Shown in pieces: positions 52,501 to 64,000 of a stretch of 64,000 bases of DNA. The translations under genes and the position numbers were made by a program. Under the pieces are notes generated by a model that ran no database searches, was not told where the DNA came from, and saw nothing but the letters and a program-made list of their open reading frames with translations. The DNA is from Lama glama (taxonomy: Eukaryota). The stretch's first letter is position 1. Each line of letters begins with the position of its first letter. The stretch is from assembly GCA_028534125.1 (NCBI GenBank), contig CM052816.1:70186001-70250000 (forward strand), given 5' to 3'.

Positions 52501-52906
52501 TGTATAAGATCGGGCTCACTGAAAACAGATTCTGAGCTGGATATATACATGCAGAAGATTCATTGGGCGTGCTCTCAGGAGAGCCTTACACTTTCTGTAA
52601 AGGAGTGAGGGAAGCAGGATGGGTAAGGGGAAGGTATAAACTTCAGCACTGTAGCAACAAAGGTCTCAATGAAGCTAGGCAGAGCTCTGGAGCTGGGAGC
52701 ACCCTTGAGGAAGCTTGCTTTAATGAAGCACTGGATGCAGGCTGTCTGAGGAAGGGGTATAACCTTGGGCAAGGCAGCTTTCTTTGAACACAGTTCTCAG
52801 AGAGGGACACAGTTCTGAGCCATTGGCAACCAATGTTCCCTACAGTTAGAAGAATGAATGAGTTGGTCTTGAGGGGACGATTTAGCATATAATAGCATTC
52901 AGTATA
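52501..52906 (-). mobile_element. LTR16-family solo LTR
   Basis: 'aacagattctgagctgga', 'ggagtgagggaagcaggat', 'gagctctggagctggga', 'ccttgggcaaggcagct'. Confidence 0.65.
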
Positions 52907-53649
52907 AAACCTTGTGTGCCTCTGCTAACCAATGTGAACCAGTACAAGGGCTTCTTAACTACTCAACCCAGTCTGCCTTAAGCCATGTGATTTTTTGAGC
53001 TGGGGGGGGGATTCAATTATGTATTAAATTCCACAGATTTTTCCTCTGACAGTCTTAACAACACTTAGTGATATGGAAATCATGGTGCATGAAAGAAGTT
53101 AGTTTGAAGGAATACTAACACAAAAGACATTCAGCCTAAGCCATGTAGATTTGTATGTAGTTGATGATAAATAAAAAAAAACTTGACATGTTTTTGTGTG
53201 CAAGTTCTCAAGTCCTTAGTCTGTTTGTCTGTAACTAGTATCTCTCATTGCTCCAGGAAGAGATTCTGCCCCAGACCTAGTCCTCAGGGAACTACCCACC
53301 CCCAGCCAGCTGCCAGCAGAAAGGAAAAGCAAGAAGAACGCTCTAAGTATGCTACGCTGATAGTCGTGCCCATGCACAGAGCTGTCGTGTAGAGGCACAT
53401 GTCTGTAGATATCAGTCAGATGTGTTGGGGGACGGTGGGATATCCAACCTCGCCCTACCTGTAAGTGGGGAAAATTTATCACTGCTTCTTAGTAGACCCT
53501 ACTTCTTATTAAAGGAAACTTGGCCTTTATGTGATCTTGAGGCACATTTGCAAAATGGCCAGAAGCCCAAGGCAAATTCATTCCCTCTCTTCCAGTTGTC
53601 ACAATAATAATCAATAAGTGCAACATATGTTACCGTTGGTCTCCAAGAT

Positions 53650-53900
53650 TGGTATTAACTGTTATTTTGACATTAGCACCTGAGATAAACATTTCATGAG
53701 AGACTGCTATGTGTCCTACAGTAAACACTTTCTATGTATTTTTTCTTTTAATCCAGGTCTGTCAATGAGACACAGTTGTACCCCCATTTCACACATAATG
53801 TTATTGAAATGTAGAGGTGAGGTGATTTGCTGAAGCTCGTGTAGCTAGTAAGTGGCAGAGCTATGGTTGGAACGCATGCAGTTAAATGTTAAAGCTTGAG
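53650..53900 (-). mobile_element. MIR SINE
   Basis: 'ccccatttcacacataatg...gtgatttgctgaag...agctagtaagtggcagagc'. Confidence 0.65.
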
Positions 53901-55619
53901 AATTTTCCATCTACAGCACACTGATGGTCACTCAGTCCTATTTCCAAAGAGGCTAATGAGCAGGATATGAGTAAATATTCTGAGATCTAGAAACGCAGAA
54001 TGCTATTACACTTAAGGAAATTAAAAATAAGGAAATAATCTCAAGGCTTTTTAAAGTGTATAGAATCAGTATTTGAAGATCATTCATACATCAATCAGCG
54101 GCTTTCCATTTCCAGTGTAGTTTGATATCATGGGCGATTGTTCGGTGCAGATCCTCCATCTGAGGCAGATCAGACAGAGTCCTAACGGCAATAACCTTTA
54201 AATCAAGAAAGTTTACTCCAAATGTTCCCAACATAGCCCAAAGCCAGAAAAGTTCACAGCTCTACATTAAAATGTTAGAAAAAGATCACATTGCAGCAGC
54301 TGCTTATGTGGATTACCTAGTCTAGCCATTCTGCTAAGACTTAAAAAAACCTGTCTGAGTTGTAGGAAGGAAAAAAACCAAGCCTCTAAAATATCAAGTT
54401 GGTGCTTGTTGGTAGAGCTGTGAGTTCCCATTTGTTGCCCCAGAATACTCAGGTGTATCTGAAGTAAAAAGTCAAGATGTTTTTCCAGACTCTAAGGCAG
54501 TGGAAGTTTTTGTTTCTTTTCTTCTCCCATCATGTCCTACGCTGATTCCAGAACTATTAGCTTCCCTTGAACATTTCTTGAAGTGTTTCACAGCAGTCCA
54601 AAACATATTAGGAAATCTCAGTCCCTCCTCATGGCCATTTTATGCAGCTTCTTTTAATGCTTTACAAAGGAATAAGATCAAACGGACTCGCCATCTACCA
54701 ATGCCTTCTGACTAAAGACCAGTGATACTGTGTGTATGTGTGTGCATACACGTGTTTGTGTGTGTGTGCTTGCACATACACCTAACCCTTTCAAAATTTA
54801 ATGCATCTTAGCATTGATTAAGATTTTTATTTTCAAAACATCAAAACATGGTCTTTAAGTCATGGTATAATTCCATTTTACAGAAGGGGATACGAAGTAC
54901 AGTCTGGGGAACATCCTCACAATATTAGAAACTGCGGTGAGGCTTTTCAGCTATCAAATTGGGTATCTCTTCCTGAGCTCCTTACATTTCCTATTTCTCT
55001 CCCTAGTAAACATGGAGCAACATCGGTTTCTTGCCTTTCGTTTTTACTGTGGTTATTGTTGGGGTTAATCACAGTAAGAAAAATGATGAAAGTAGATCGT
55101 ACGATAGAATGTTTCTTTGTGTGGTGATGTTAAAGACCTAGTTTCTGACATCATTCAGTTAGTTCCAGTATAATCATTGAGACCTAGAGGTGGAAATGAT
55201 AGTCTTTCCAGGGTTCAGAGATTTGCTGAGAGGGGAGAGAGTGTCAGAGTTTAGGGTTCTGCACTACAACCTTTTTCCTCACAAGGAACAAAGTAAAAGT
55301 TAAATTGTCAATCTAGTTTTGAGGATGTTTATGAAAAGTTCTGAATAACCTGTAAAGTATCTGTGAATCTGAAAAAGAGCGATCATGTTTCTCGTCTTGT
55401 TGCTTGCAAGTTCAGAGTATTTAGCTTCTGTTGTGAAATGTTTTCCCAACTTGAAACCCCAGGGTTCCTCATACATGGAGAGAAGTGGCATAAAAATATA
55501 CACAACTGATGTCACTTCAAGAAAGGCCAGTGAAATTCATGGTGTTGCTCCTGAAAGATAAACAGACCGAAAAGAATCAGTATGATAGACCTCTTGGTTT
55601 ATTGTTTGCATAGTTTATT

Positions 55620-55911
55620 GGTTAAGATTTTGTTTGTCCACATGTAACCTACACCTGAGCTACAGTGGCTAACCAAATGGGTTGAGTTTTCAGACTTAGC
55701 ATGGCCTATGGAGGTAATCATTCCAGTGTCATTGTCCAAGGATGTCCACAAGGAATCAGCCTCCTTCTTTTTTCTTGTTCTGCTGTCCTTAATACATGGC
55801 TTTCATCTTCATGGACTTAACTTCCACTTCTAGACATTATATTCAAATTTTAGGCTAAGGACAAAAAAGGAAAAAACAAAAGACATATGTGATCTTACTC
55901 TGTCCCTTTTA

Positions 55912-55966
<55 letters not shown>

Positions 55967-56160
55967 ATAATTTGAAAAACAATTTCTAGAATCTCGTTTA
56001 ATAGAGTTGCTTTCATAACTCATTGTCCAGAACTGGGTCACATAACCACACCTAGTTATAAGGGAGTTGGAGGAAGTATTTTAAAATGATAATATAACCA
56101 CTTTGAATTGTGATTATTGTTAGTAAGGAAAAGTATAGAATAGTTATTGGCTGGGAAGAG
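55620..56160 (-). mobile_element. MaLR solo LTR (MLT1J/K/L-like) containing an (AAT)n repeat
   Basis: 'ctcattgtccagaactgggtcacataaccacacctagttataagggag'. Confidence 0.6.
55912..55959. repeat. (AAT)16 microsatellite
   Basis: 16 perfect AAT units counted. Confidence 0.95.
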
Positions 56161-57004
56161 AAAATTAGGAGTAGGATTAATGCCTGTGAAGGAAAGTACA
56201 TACATTTTCCCCCTAACATTGTACTGGATGTGCTTTATAAGTTCAAATGTTCCATCTTCAACAAAGTCTCTTCACTTTCACTTTTTTTTTTCTGAATCCC
56301 TGTGGCTCTTTGTCCTTTAAATAGAGTGTTATTGATCACATTGTGTTCATACCTGTTTAGACAGTGAGAGCCTCAAGGATAGAGACCTAGTCTAATTTAT
56401 CTTTGTAATCTCATTATTTACTACAATGACTGGCACACTAGTAGGAACTAAAAGTGTTACTTGAATTAATATAACGACAAGGTAAATAGTGGTAGGTTGT
56501 GGCCCCTAGGAAATAGATTCTTAGATTCTGGGGTGTACCCATATGCCTCTTTCTGAGACTTCCTCGAATCTAATCTTCCATTCTTTCTCCTCCTAAGCAC
56601 GGGACCATTCATAGTCTCCTTCCCCAGTGTGCCCTTCTCAACCCAAGATTCTACATATACTCTTACCTTGGGCTAATTTCTTTCTACATAGAGTGGGTGG
56701 CCAGCACTGCTTGAAATCCTGTCCTTTGGAAGGATTACCCCTCACTTTGAGTAAGGTATGAGCTCAAACAATAGCACAGTATTGGCTTGTACCACACACC
56801 AAGCTGAGTCATGCAAATAAAGCTCATTTGTTTCCTTCTCAAAAGAGATCCCCACACCCAGTGCAGCCAAAGGTGTAAACTGAGGGAGGGCTTGAGTGCA
56901 ACAGTTGTGGATTACATGCAGCCTGGTCTTTTGCTCAGGCAGCTTACTTGTACTTTCTGGCCCTGCTTGTGCCTGGTCTCATCTTGTGATTTTGATTTGA
57001 TTGG

Positions 57005-57222
57005 TCTGAAGAAACTATGGACCACATGCCAAATTTGGCTTCTTTTTGTAAATAAGGATTTATTGTAACACAGCCACACCTATTCACTGTCTATTGTCTA
57101 TGTCTATGGATGCTTTCATGCTGCAGCAGCAGAGGTGAGTACATGTGATGGCAGCTCTGTGCCCTAGGAAGCCTGAAATATTTACTGTCTGGCCTTTTAT
57201 AGAAAAAGCTGGCTGATTCCTG
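57005..57222. mobile_element. MER58A-like hAT-Charlie element
   Basis: 'tttttgtaaataag...acacagccacacctattca', 'aagcctgaaatatttactgtctggccttttatagaaaaag'. Confidence 0.85.
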
Positions 57223-57656
57223 GCTCAGGGAAGTTTTGGTATTCAAGGTTGTTGACTAAATCAACTCAGATGTTCTCATCTCAATTTTCAGGGTTCTGCT
57301 CCTTCCCATCCAGGACCTTGATCTTGGTAAAACAAACCTGCTGAGGCTGACAATTCAGCTTTCTTAGTAGCTGTGCTTCTGTGGACATTAAGTACTGGAT
57401 TTGATCCTCAGTCTTTTCTGCCCTTTTGCTGCAGGAGATGAGAATCTCTTTATAAGCCAAAATGCTGTCTGTCTTTCACATTTCACCTTACATTGGTGAT
57501 TAATCACTCTCAGCCTTCCATTGTCTTTCTCCAGTGCATCAATAGCCCATAGTAACAACCATCCAATTTCACAGTCCTTATGAACCTCTTAAATGCCTGA
57601 GACGTTATCATTGCTGATGCATTTCCTTTTTCCAACATCCCGGCCCAGTTCATACT

Positions 57657-58494
57657 CAGGGCTTCCTTCATGGGTTTACAACCTGTGGAGTTGCACAGGG
57701 CCCCGTGCTTAGAAATGTCCCATACTTGGTTTAATGCTTTGCTCACTATCTTGAAATTGTTAATAATTTCATCCTTGCACTGTATTTTATAAGTGAAGTT
57801 TGATGGGACAATGAAGTCTGTGCATGAACAACATAGATGGGCCATCAAGTGTGTCCATGCTTTGATGCTTTGCCATTCTATTAGTGTAAAACATTTACCA
57901 TTCTTCATGAACACAGAATTCTCCAGCATACATGGGAGTTAAGGGAGATGCAAGGCAGATCAGCATTTTAAGTTTGCAACTGAGTAAGAGGTGAGGATAG
58001 GGATCATGGAAGGAAAGAAAAAGATAGGAGATAGTTTCTTTTCAGTCTTTCTTTACTCGTCAATAAGCTGAAGATAGTGTTGGTAGAATATGTGTATCAA
58101 GAAGTGAAATGAAAACAGTTGGGTAATTTTTGTGCTGTTTTCCTGCTGTTCTGCTAAGAATGAAGAACATATGCATGTGTAAGCTAGGAAATATGAAGTG
58201 TGTCATTTCTGTGATTGTGCATACGTGTTAAAGAATCTTATATCTGCATTTAAAACTGATATTGCATAATATAAAGATGAGTGATAAGATTCATGCTAAT
58301 AATTTAAAATTTTAATTGGCAACAGCAGATAGCAAATAAAAACCTCATGAGAAGTCAGAGACTGCATAAGAAAGGAAAAAGCTTTATATCTGAGACTCTA
58401 TGGCAGCATTTTTTCTTGGGTTTTTTTTTTTTTTGAACAAAATGCCCTGCATTTTAATTTTGCACTGGGTTCTACGAATTACGTAGGTGGTCCT
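57657..58494. mobile_element. MER45B/C-like hAT-Tip100 element
   Basis: Left 'cagggcttccttcatggg...gcacagggccccgtgcttagaa'; right 'ttttgaacaa...gcattttaattttgcactggg...gtaggtggtcct'. Confidence 0.8.
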
Positions 58495-58630
58495 TTCACC
58501 ATCGTGAAGTTTTTTTTTTTTGCAATTGCATTGTATGCTGAGGGCAATCAGTGTACCACCTACCACTAGTCTTTTCTGTCCAGTCAGTGAGAGATCCAAT
58601 TTCAACATCTAATTTCAGGACAGCAGAGCT

Positions 58631-59020
58631 CTCTTAGGTGTTGTTCCCCAGGGGGAAAGCTCTGAGATGGAGATTTGCTCAGAGGTGCATCCAGGTATGA
58701 TTTCAGGAGTATCTGTGAGAGGTGAGGGAAACAGGAAGGTAGCAGGAGAACTTGTATTGTAATGCAGTTGTGGCAGGAGCTTCAAATGATCTGGGGAGTT
58801 CTAGAGCTGGGCTGACCCTTCAAAGTTGTTCCAATTGAGGCAAGGGTTCTAGGCCTTTCTCCCTTACCATTGATCAGGTATTGGATGCAGATTTCACCGA
58901 GGGAGGTTCATTCTCCCTTAGCTGAGGGCAATTCCTGGAAAAGCATTTAGTTGTAAGCCCCAACAGCTAGCACACACAGCAGTGAGGGGCATCTGGGCAG
59001 CACTGAGTAGCATCCACTGA
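58631..59020 (-). mobile_element. LTR16-family solo LTR
   Basis: 'ctctgagatggagatttgc', 'ggagttctagagctggg', 'gctgagggcaattcctgg'; related to 52501-52906. Confidence 0.65.
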
Positions 59021-62000
59021 ACAAGTTCCATGCAACAGCCCAAAACAGAAAGGCATCAACAGATTCCAAAAGAAGCAAGGGTTTCCACTCAATCTTCTAG
59101 TTTTTAAAAATTTGGACAATGTATAGCAGATTAGAAAAATGCTGCTGTCAGATTCACCATATAATTACTTCAATGGTTTAACTATGATTATTAAAATAGA
59201 GTTAGGCAGTATCAGTCTTAGTAGAAGAAAACTAGTACTTAAAAAAATAATTCCCCCCTCCCCTTCTTTTTTGTTCTAGTAGTTCAGTCTCAAGACCTAT
59301 TCTATCCAGAGTCTTGACTTATAGAGAAATGTGGAAGCTAGCATGGTCTTTCTAAAAAGTGTTACTCTCTTAGCTCTGTTACACTAGGAATTAAGTCAAA
59401 CAGACAGACTGCCATAAAACAGGTGTTGGGGCCCAAAACTCAAACCTTATGAAATGTTCTGCCGTATGTAATACAGTTTTAGAATTAAAAATAAAATGAT
59501 TCCCTTATGATTGATGAGATTACATAGGGGCTGGGCTGAGATGCATGTGAATGTGTGTGCGGCTATGTTGGTTGGGGGGTAGAGTGGAAGGGACACACCT
59601 TACAAGTTTGAACGGGGTAAGCCCAAAGGGATCATGCTTGGCCTTGGTCCCAGGATACAAGTTTGTACTGGGCTATGAAAGATGAGTCTTGGTCCTGTGT
59701 GTGACACCTGGTGTAGAGACTGAAAGGAAAGGCATGCCTTGTCAGGGATTTTCCCAGATGCTTTCGGGGCTTCTCCGCCATTGTCAGTGGTTCCTTTTAG
59801 ACATACAAATCATGTGTACCATGCATTGCCAGGGCACCATTTGTTCCAGGGGTAGCCTGCTAATTGTTCTTCTTCATTGGTATAATCCTGGAGAAAGGGG
59901 GAGATTAGCAAGAAATCAACTTTTTAAAGAACTGTATTTCCTGGTTTGAAGGAAAAAATCAGATTCTTTGGGCATTGGACAGACTATCCAAGGTTATGAG
60001 GAGATACAGTCTTTCTCTGTTGGCCTAACTGCCCTGCCCAGGGTCAAACTTTCGGAGGAATAGAGGAAAGCTCAAAGCCCCAGCCTTGAATAGGGGAGAC
60101 AGGCTGAACTCCTCAGTCTCCCTTTACCTTGCTGCCCCTCCTCTAGTTATGGGCAGAGGGCAGGAGGTGTTGCAGAATGATATTTAACCGCTATTATATA
60201 ATCTTGGGAAAGGAATAGTGTTTCACTCATTTTGAACCTTGAGATTGGCTGGTCCCATATGGTTAAGTAGAACATGAATTGCCATTAAATGGACTTGAAA
60301 AAGAGAAAAGATGTTTTATGATGTAGGAAGAGATGCTCGCACATCCTTGCTGCATTTTGAAAGACCAAACTTGGACTAAGTCTTAATCATCATGAACAGG
60401 GCAGATTGTCCATCAGGGTATCCACCAGAATACAGCACCGTAGAAACTTCCCCAGTGCTTATATACGTGGCCATTGCCACAGAAATGAAATTCTGACTCA
60501 GAGATTAAATCTCATAAAATTGGTAAAGATCTCATAAATGCCTCCTTGAGAAGGCATTTGGCCACTGTACTTTTCCCTCATTGGATATTGTCCCCTCCTC
60601 CACCCTCACCTTCTAGCTTTTCTAGCCCCTAGGAAACAAAATTGTCATACCATTCATAGAATTCAAGATACCTTCTCTTCTCATAAAACAATAATCACAT
60701 TGTAACCCCCCAAGAATGCTCCATTAGGTGTCTCTCTGGTTCTTTATTAATGCCGCTGGTATTTGTCTAGCCTTAGAAAAGCTTTTGGCTCAGTGTCCTA
60801 CTCATATTTTTGGGCTACAGCTTGCTAGAGTTGTCAGGACAAGTAAAACATTTCCCTTTCAGCATTCATTATAAGACAAAAAAAATTCTATTGTGCTTCT
60901 TAAAAGTGACTTGTGACTCATCTCCTTCTTTAGGATAGGGTTATAGCTTAAGCTTTGGGTAATGGTGTACTTTCGGTTGTGAAAGGTAATGCAAATGATT
61001 AGAGGCTGAGAAATACTGAAAATGGTATGAGTTTTATTCATTCATTTGCCACACCTACAGGATGCTGAGGAACTGTATAGAAATGTTTTAATGAGTAAAT
61101 CTTATGTGCTCTTAGTATAACTCCCTAATTTAAGATTGAACTCTAAATTCCAGGTGTAATTCACATTGAGGGAAAGGAATAAATTGCCACATTAGTGAAG
61201 ACTTATTTTGACTAATATTTTTTCATTTTATTTTTTAAAAAAGTAGAACAGCTTTATTGCTTCTTTACAATTGTTAGGTAAATGTTTATATACTTAAATT
61301 ATACTAACAAGCAGGAAAAGAGCCAGTCATGCATGCTATTGCAAATGTTTCAGAAAATACAGTGACATGTAAGGAAGAAAACATAAATAAGTATTCATAA
61401 TCTCACCATCTAGGGATAGTTAGCATTAAGTTAGTGGTTTATACCCTTACAATATATTTATCTGTTTATACCTACAAAGGTATATTTTGCCAGCATGGGA
61501 TTGTACGGTACATGGTGTGTGGCTTGATTTTTTTAATTCATCAGTAAATGAGCCCCATCATTCCTTATCTCTTTTAGTGTACAGATATACCTGTGAAATG
61601 TAACCCTCTTGAGATTGCTTGCTATGGTAAAAGTGGAAACATTTCATAGCAAATGAATTGTTCATAAATTTGTTAGCAATTTAATGGGAAGACTGGACAG
61701 GCAGAGGAAACAACTGAAATTTTTTGCCTTGACCTTCTTGCTTAATTATACTGAAAGAAAGTTTTTGAGGACAGAGGATTTTTGACTGTCATAGAGCCAA
61801 ACAAGACGATCAAGAATTATCAAAAGGCCTCTCAGGATGTAATAATTTGTGGATTTCCTGGAGGACCTGGTGGGGCATCTTAGGAAATAATAGAATGTAT
61901 TTTTCCACAAACATTAGCCTGGGTCTTTAATTTGTCAGAAGAGCATATGAAATATGTTTGTGAATTTCTTTTATATTTTTGGATTGCCATAAGTCTAACG

Positions 62001-62901
62001 CTATAATATTATTCACGCCCAGGTTTTTCCCTTTCATTTTTATTTCTAGTTGTATATAGAACCCAAACTGAATTAAGGCCAGGAATGGGAGTGGGAGGGT
62101 TATAAATATATTATGTTTGAAACTTCTTGCCATAGGTAGACAAGGTCAAAGTTCTTTTTAGTCAAAATGTAATTAGCTTTTCCCCTCCTTGAATCACGTG
62201 TTGCTTGTGTGAACAAAAGGAGATTATACAATGAAATTAGAATCCAGTAAAAACTTACTGTTTGGGGTTTTATAAAACACGGTCGGCCAAACTTGTCAAG
62301 TGACTGCCAAAGTGAGAATCTAGGTTGGTTGAAATTTGGCTTTGTTTCCTGAGCCTGAACTTAATTTTTAGGTGAATACCTGGACTGAGTCACGATGTGA
62401 ATGTTCATTAGCACTTACAGGGTGTGACTGCTTTGTAACTGCACATGCACACGTGGCCTTCCAAGCTGATCCAGAGGGATGCCTCTTTGCTTCATCATGC
62501 TCACCTCCCATATTTCTGAAATGAAGCTTATTACCCAGAGAGGATAAAACTCCTGGGAAAATAGTTGAAAGACTTTGAAACTACCAGCAGTCTTGGCTTA
62601 TGCTATCACATGACTCTGAAAGCCTTTTGCTGATAGAGTCATAGGGCTGGAAATGATGGAAGGAGGTCACTTAGTTCATTTTCCTGCCCACGCCAGAGCC
62701 ATAAATGTACACTGGTGGCCTTACTTCTTGTTAAAATGGTGTTTTTTTTTTTTGTTTTTTGTTTTTTTAATAAGAAGACACCTTCTTTTCCCCCCAGTAA
62801 TCACAACTTCTGTTTACTTTTGTTTTGGTCATAGTAACTTTGTCTCAGTGTTTGCTGCAGAACAAAAAAGAGATACCAGCTACTGAATGATTAAGTTTCA
62901 G

Positions 62902-63867
62902 TTTTCTTTTTTAACCAAGTGACCAAAAAAATTTTTTTTTGACAAATTCTGTTTCATGCATAAGCATGACAGTGTCCCCTGTTTAATTATTAGACTTTGG
63001 CAATAAAAAACAGAAACAAAAAATAAGCAGCTACTTGTAGAGAACATGCCAATGGTAAGGGTAGGCTACAGCTTTACTGTAGGATAATTTTTTTTTTTTA
63101 AGGCCTCTCTCTCTTTGGCCATATCAATAATCAGTTCAGACTATTGAATACAGACAAATTTTCAGAATCACTTCTTCACTTCTCCAAAGTCTTCGATGCT
63201 ATCATCATCCACCTTTGGCCGTTTTACCTGAATGGCATCAATTATGTCATCTGTAAAGTCTCCCTAATGATGATTTCATCCTCCCCTGCTACTGAGGCAC
63301 CACAGGAGAATTTCTGAGCAAAAACCTTTGTGCTTCTTTAAGATCAGTTTCAAAAGTTGCAAGGCCACACATTCATGTTACATATTTCTTCTTTGCTCTG
63401 GGAATTTTGGCTGTCATAACCTTTTGGGGTACAGTCTTCTGTTTTTGTTTTATTTGACCCCTCCCACTTCTCTTTTGTTTTCTCTTCTTTTCCTCTTCCC
63501 CTGCTGTTCCTTGACCCTCACTAATTCCAGCTTCTTGTTTGGGTGAATTTTCTACAGTAGGTTTTGCAAACTCATTTGGAAAATTCTTGTCAAACCATTG
63601 TCTACATTTAGCAGCATCAGGTGTGTAAGCGCAGTACTCTGTTGGTAATGAACAGACTCGGCCGTGAAGGACTTGAAGTGGGTAATCGGCATCTAACTTG
63701 TTATTGCTCCTTGGGTCTCCTTTACAGTCATGCCCATTGGAGTCACAAATGTCTGTGGCTATTTCACAAACCCAGGTGGTCGTACAGCCTCCACTCCTGC
63801 CACTGCTGCCAGCCGAAATGACACGGGCGGCTCCTCTTTCCTGGCCAGAGCCGCTGGGAGATTGGGT
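62902..63867 (-). pseudogene. DENR: Processed pseudogene of DENR (density-regulated re-initiation and release factor, SUI1/eIF1-like domain); CDS remnant 63168-63762
   Basis: Intronless minus-strand translation [20 protein letters not shown]...CSLPTEYC...[16 protein letters not shown]...[21 protein letters not shown]...[11 protein letters not shown]...[13 protein letters not shown]. Start ATG>ATA (63762-63760), TGA at codon 130 (63375-63373), two 1-nt deletions (595 nt vs 597 nt for 198 aa plus stop). GC-rich leader and 3'UTR present. 3' end is either the A-tract at 62902-62912 or the one near 62742-62768. Confidence 0.95.
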
Positions 63868-63870
63868 TTC

Positions 63871-63990
63871 TTTTTTTTTTTTTTTAACATTTTTATTGAT
63901 TCATAATCATTTTACAGTGTTGTGTCAAATTCCAGTGTTCAGTACAATTTTTCAGTCATACATGGACATATACACTCATTGTCACATTTT
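63871..63990 (-). mobile_element. Very short (about 120 bp) young camelid LINE-1 3' end
   Basis: T15 tail (63871-63885), then 'aacatttttattgattcataatcattttacagtgttgtgtcaaattcc'; direct repeat gagattgggt at 63858-63867 and 63991-64000 (cut by the window edge). Confidence 0.88.
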
Positions 63991-64000
63991 GAGATTGGGT

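Noticed and set aside
59690..60350. Possible ancient LTR (also about 1100-1600)
   Set aside because: Composition suggests an old LTR, but I could not match termini or family confidently enough to list it
63168..63762. Functional DENR retrogene
   Set aside because: Lost ATG, premature stop, two frameshifts and a mutated conserved cysteine
63328..63821. Plus-strand ORFs 63328-63546 and 63621-63821
   Set aside because: Antisense shadows of the DENR pseudogene
1..64000. A novel multi-gene system, CRISPR array, operon or defence locus
   Set aside because: The sequence is mammalian repeat-rich DNA; no regularly spaced repeat array, and the longest ORF is only 139 aa and overlaps a DNA transposon

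Overview
AT-rich, CpG-depleted mammalian genomic DNA, almost certainly camelid (alpaca/camel), judged from a Vic-1-type tRNA-derived SINE and camelid-type LINE-1 3' ends. It reads as intergenic or deep-intronic sequence dominated by transposable elements: old L1M/L2/MIR, ERVL/MaLR LTRs, hAT and Tigger DNA transposons, and younger L1 insertions with visible target-site duplications (TSDs). The only recognisable gene-derived sequence is a disabled processed pseudogene of DENR on the minus strand (CDS remnant 63168-63762). I found no intact protein-coding gene, structural RNA gene, CRISPR array or new biological system. The most interesting signals are retrotransposition and repair scars: (i) an old L1MC-type element whose 3' half appears inverted, with two short fragments of a younger L1 patched into the breakpoint; (ii) a twin-primed L1 with a 16-bp TSD, an inversion-point duplication and an internal deletion; (iii) two L1s stacked at one site with a triplicated target motif; (iv) a very short young L1 in the 5' leader of the DENR retrocopy. 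Repeat family names come from recalled consensus sequences and boundaries are approximate; they need RepeatMasker/Dfam confirmation.
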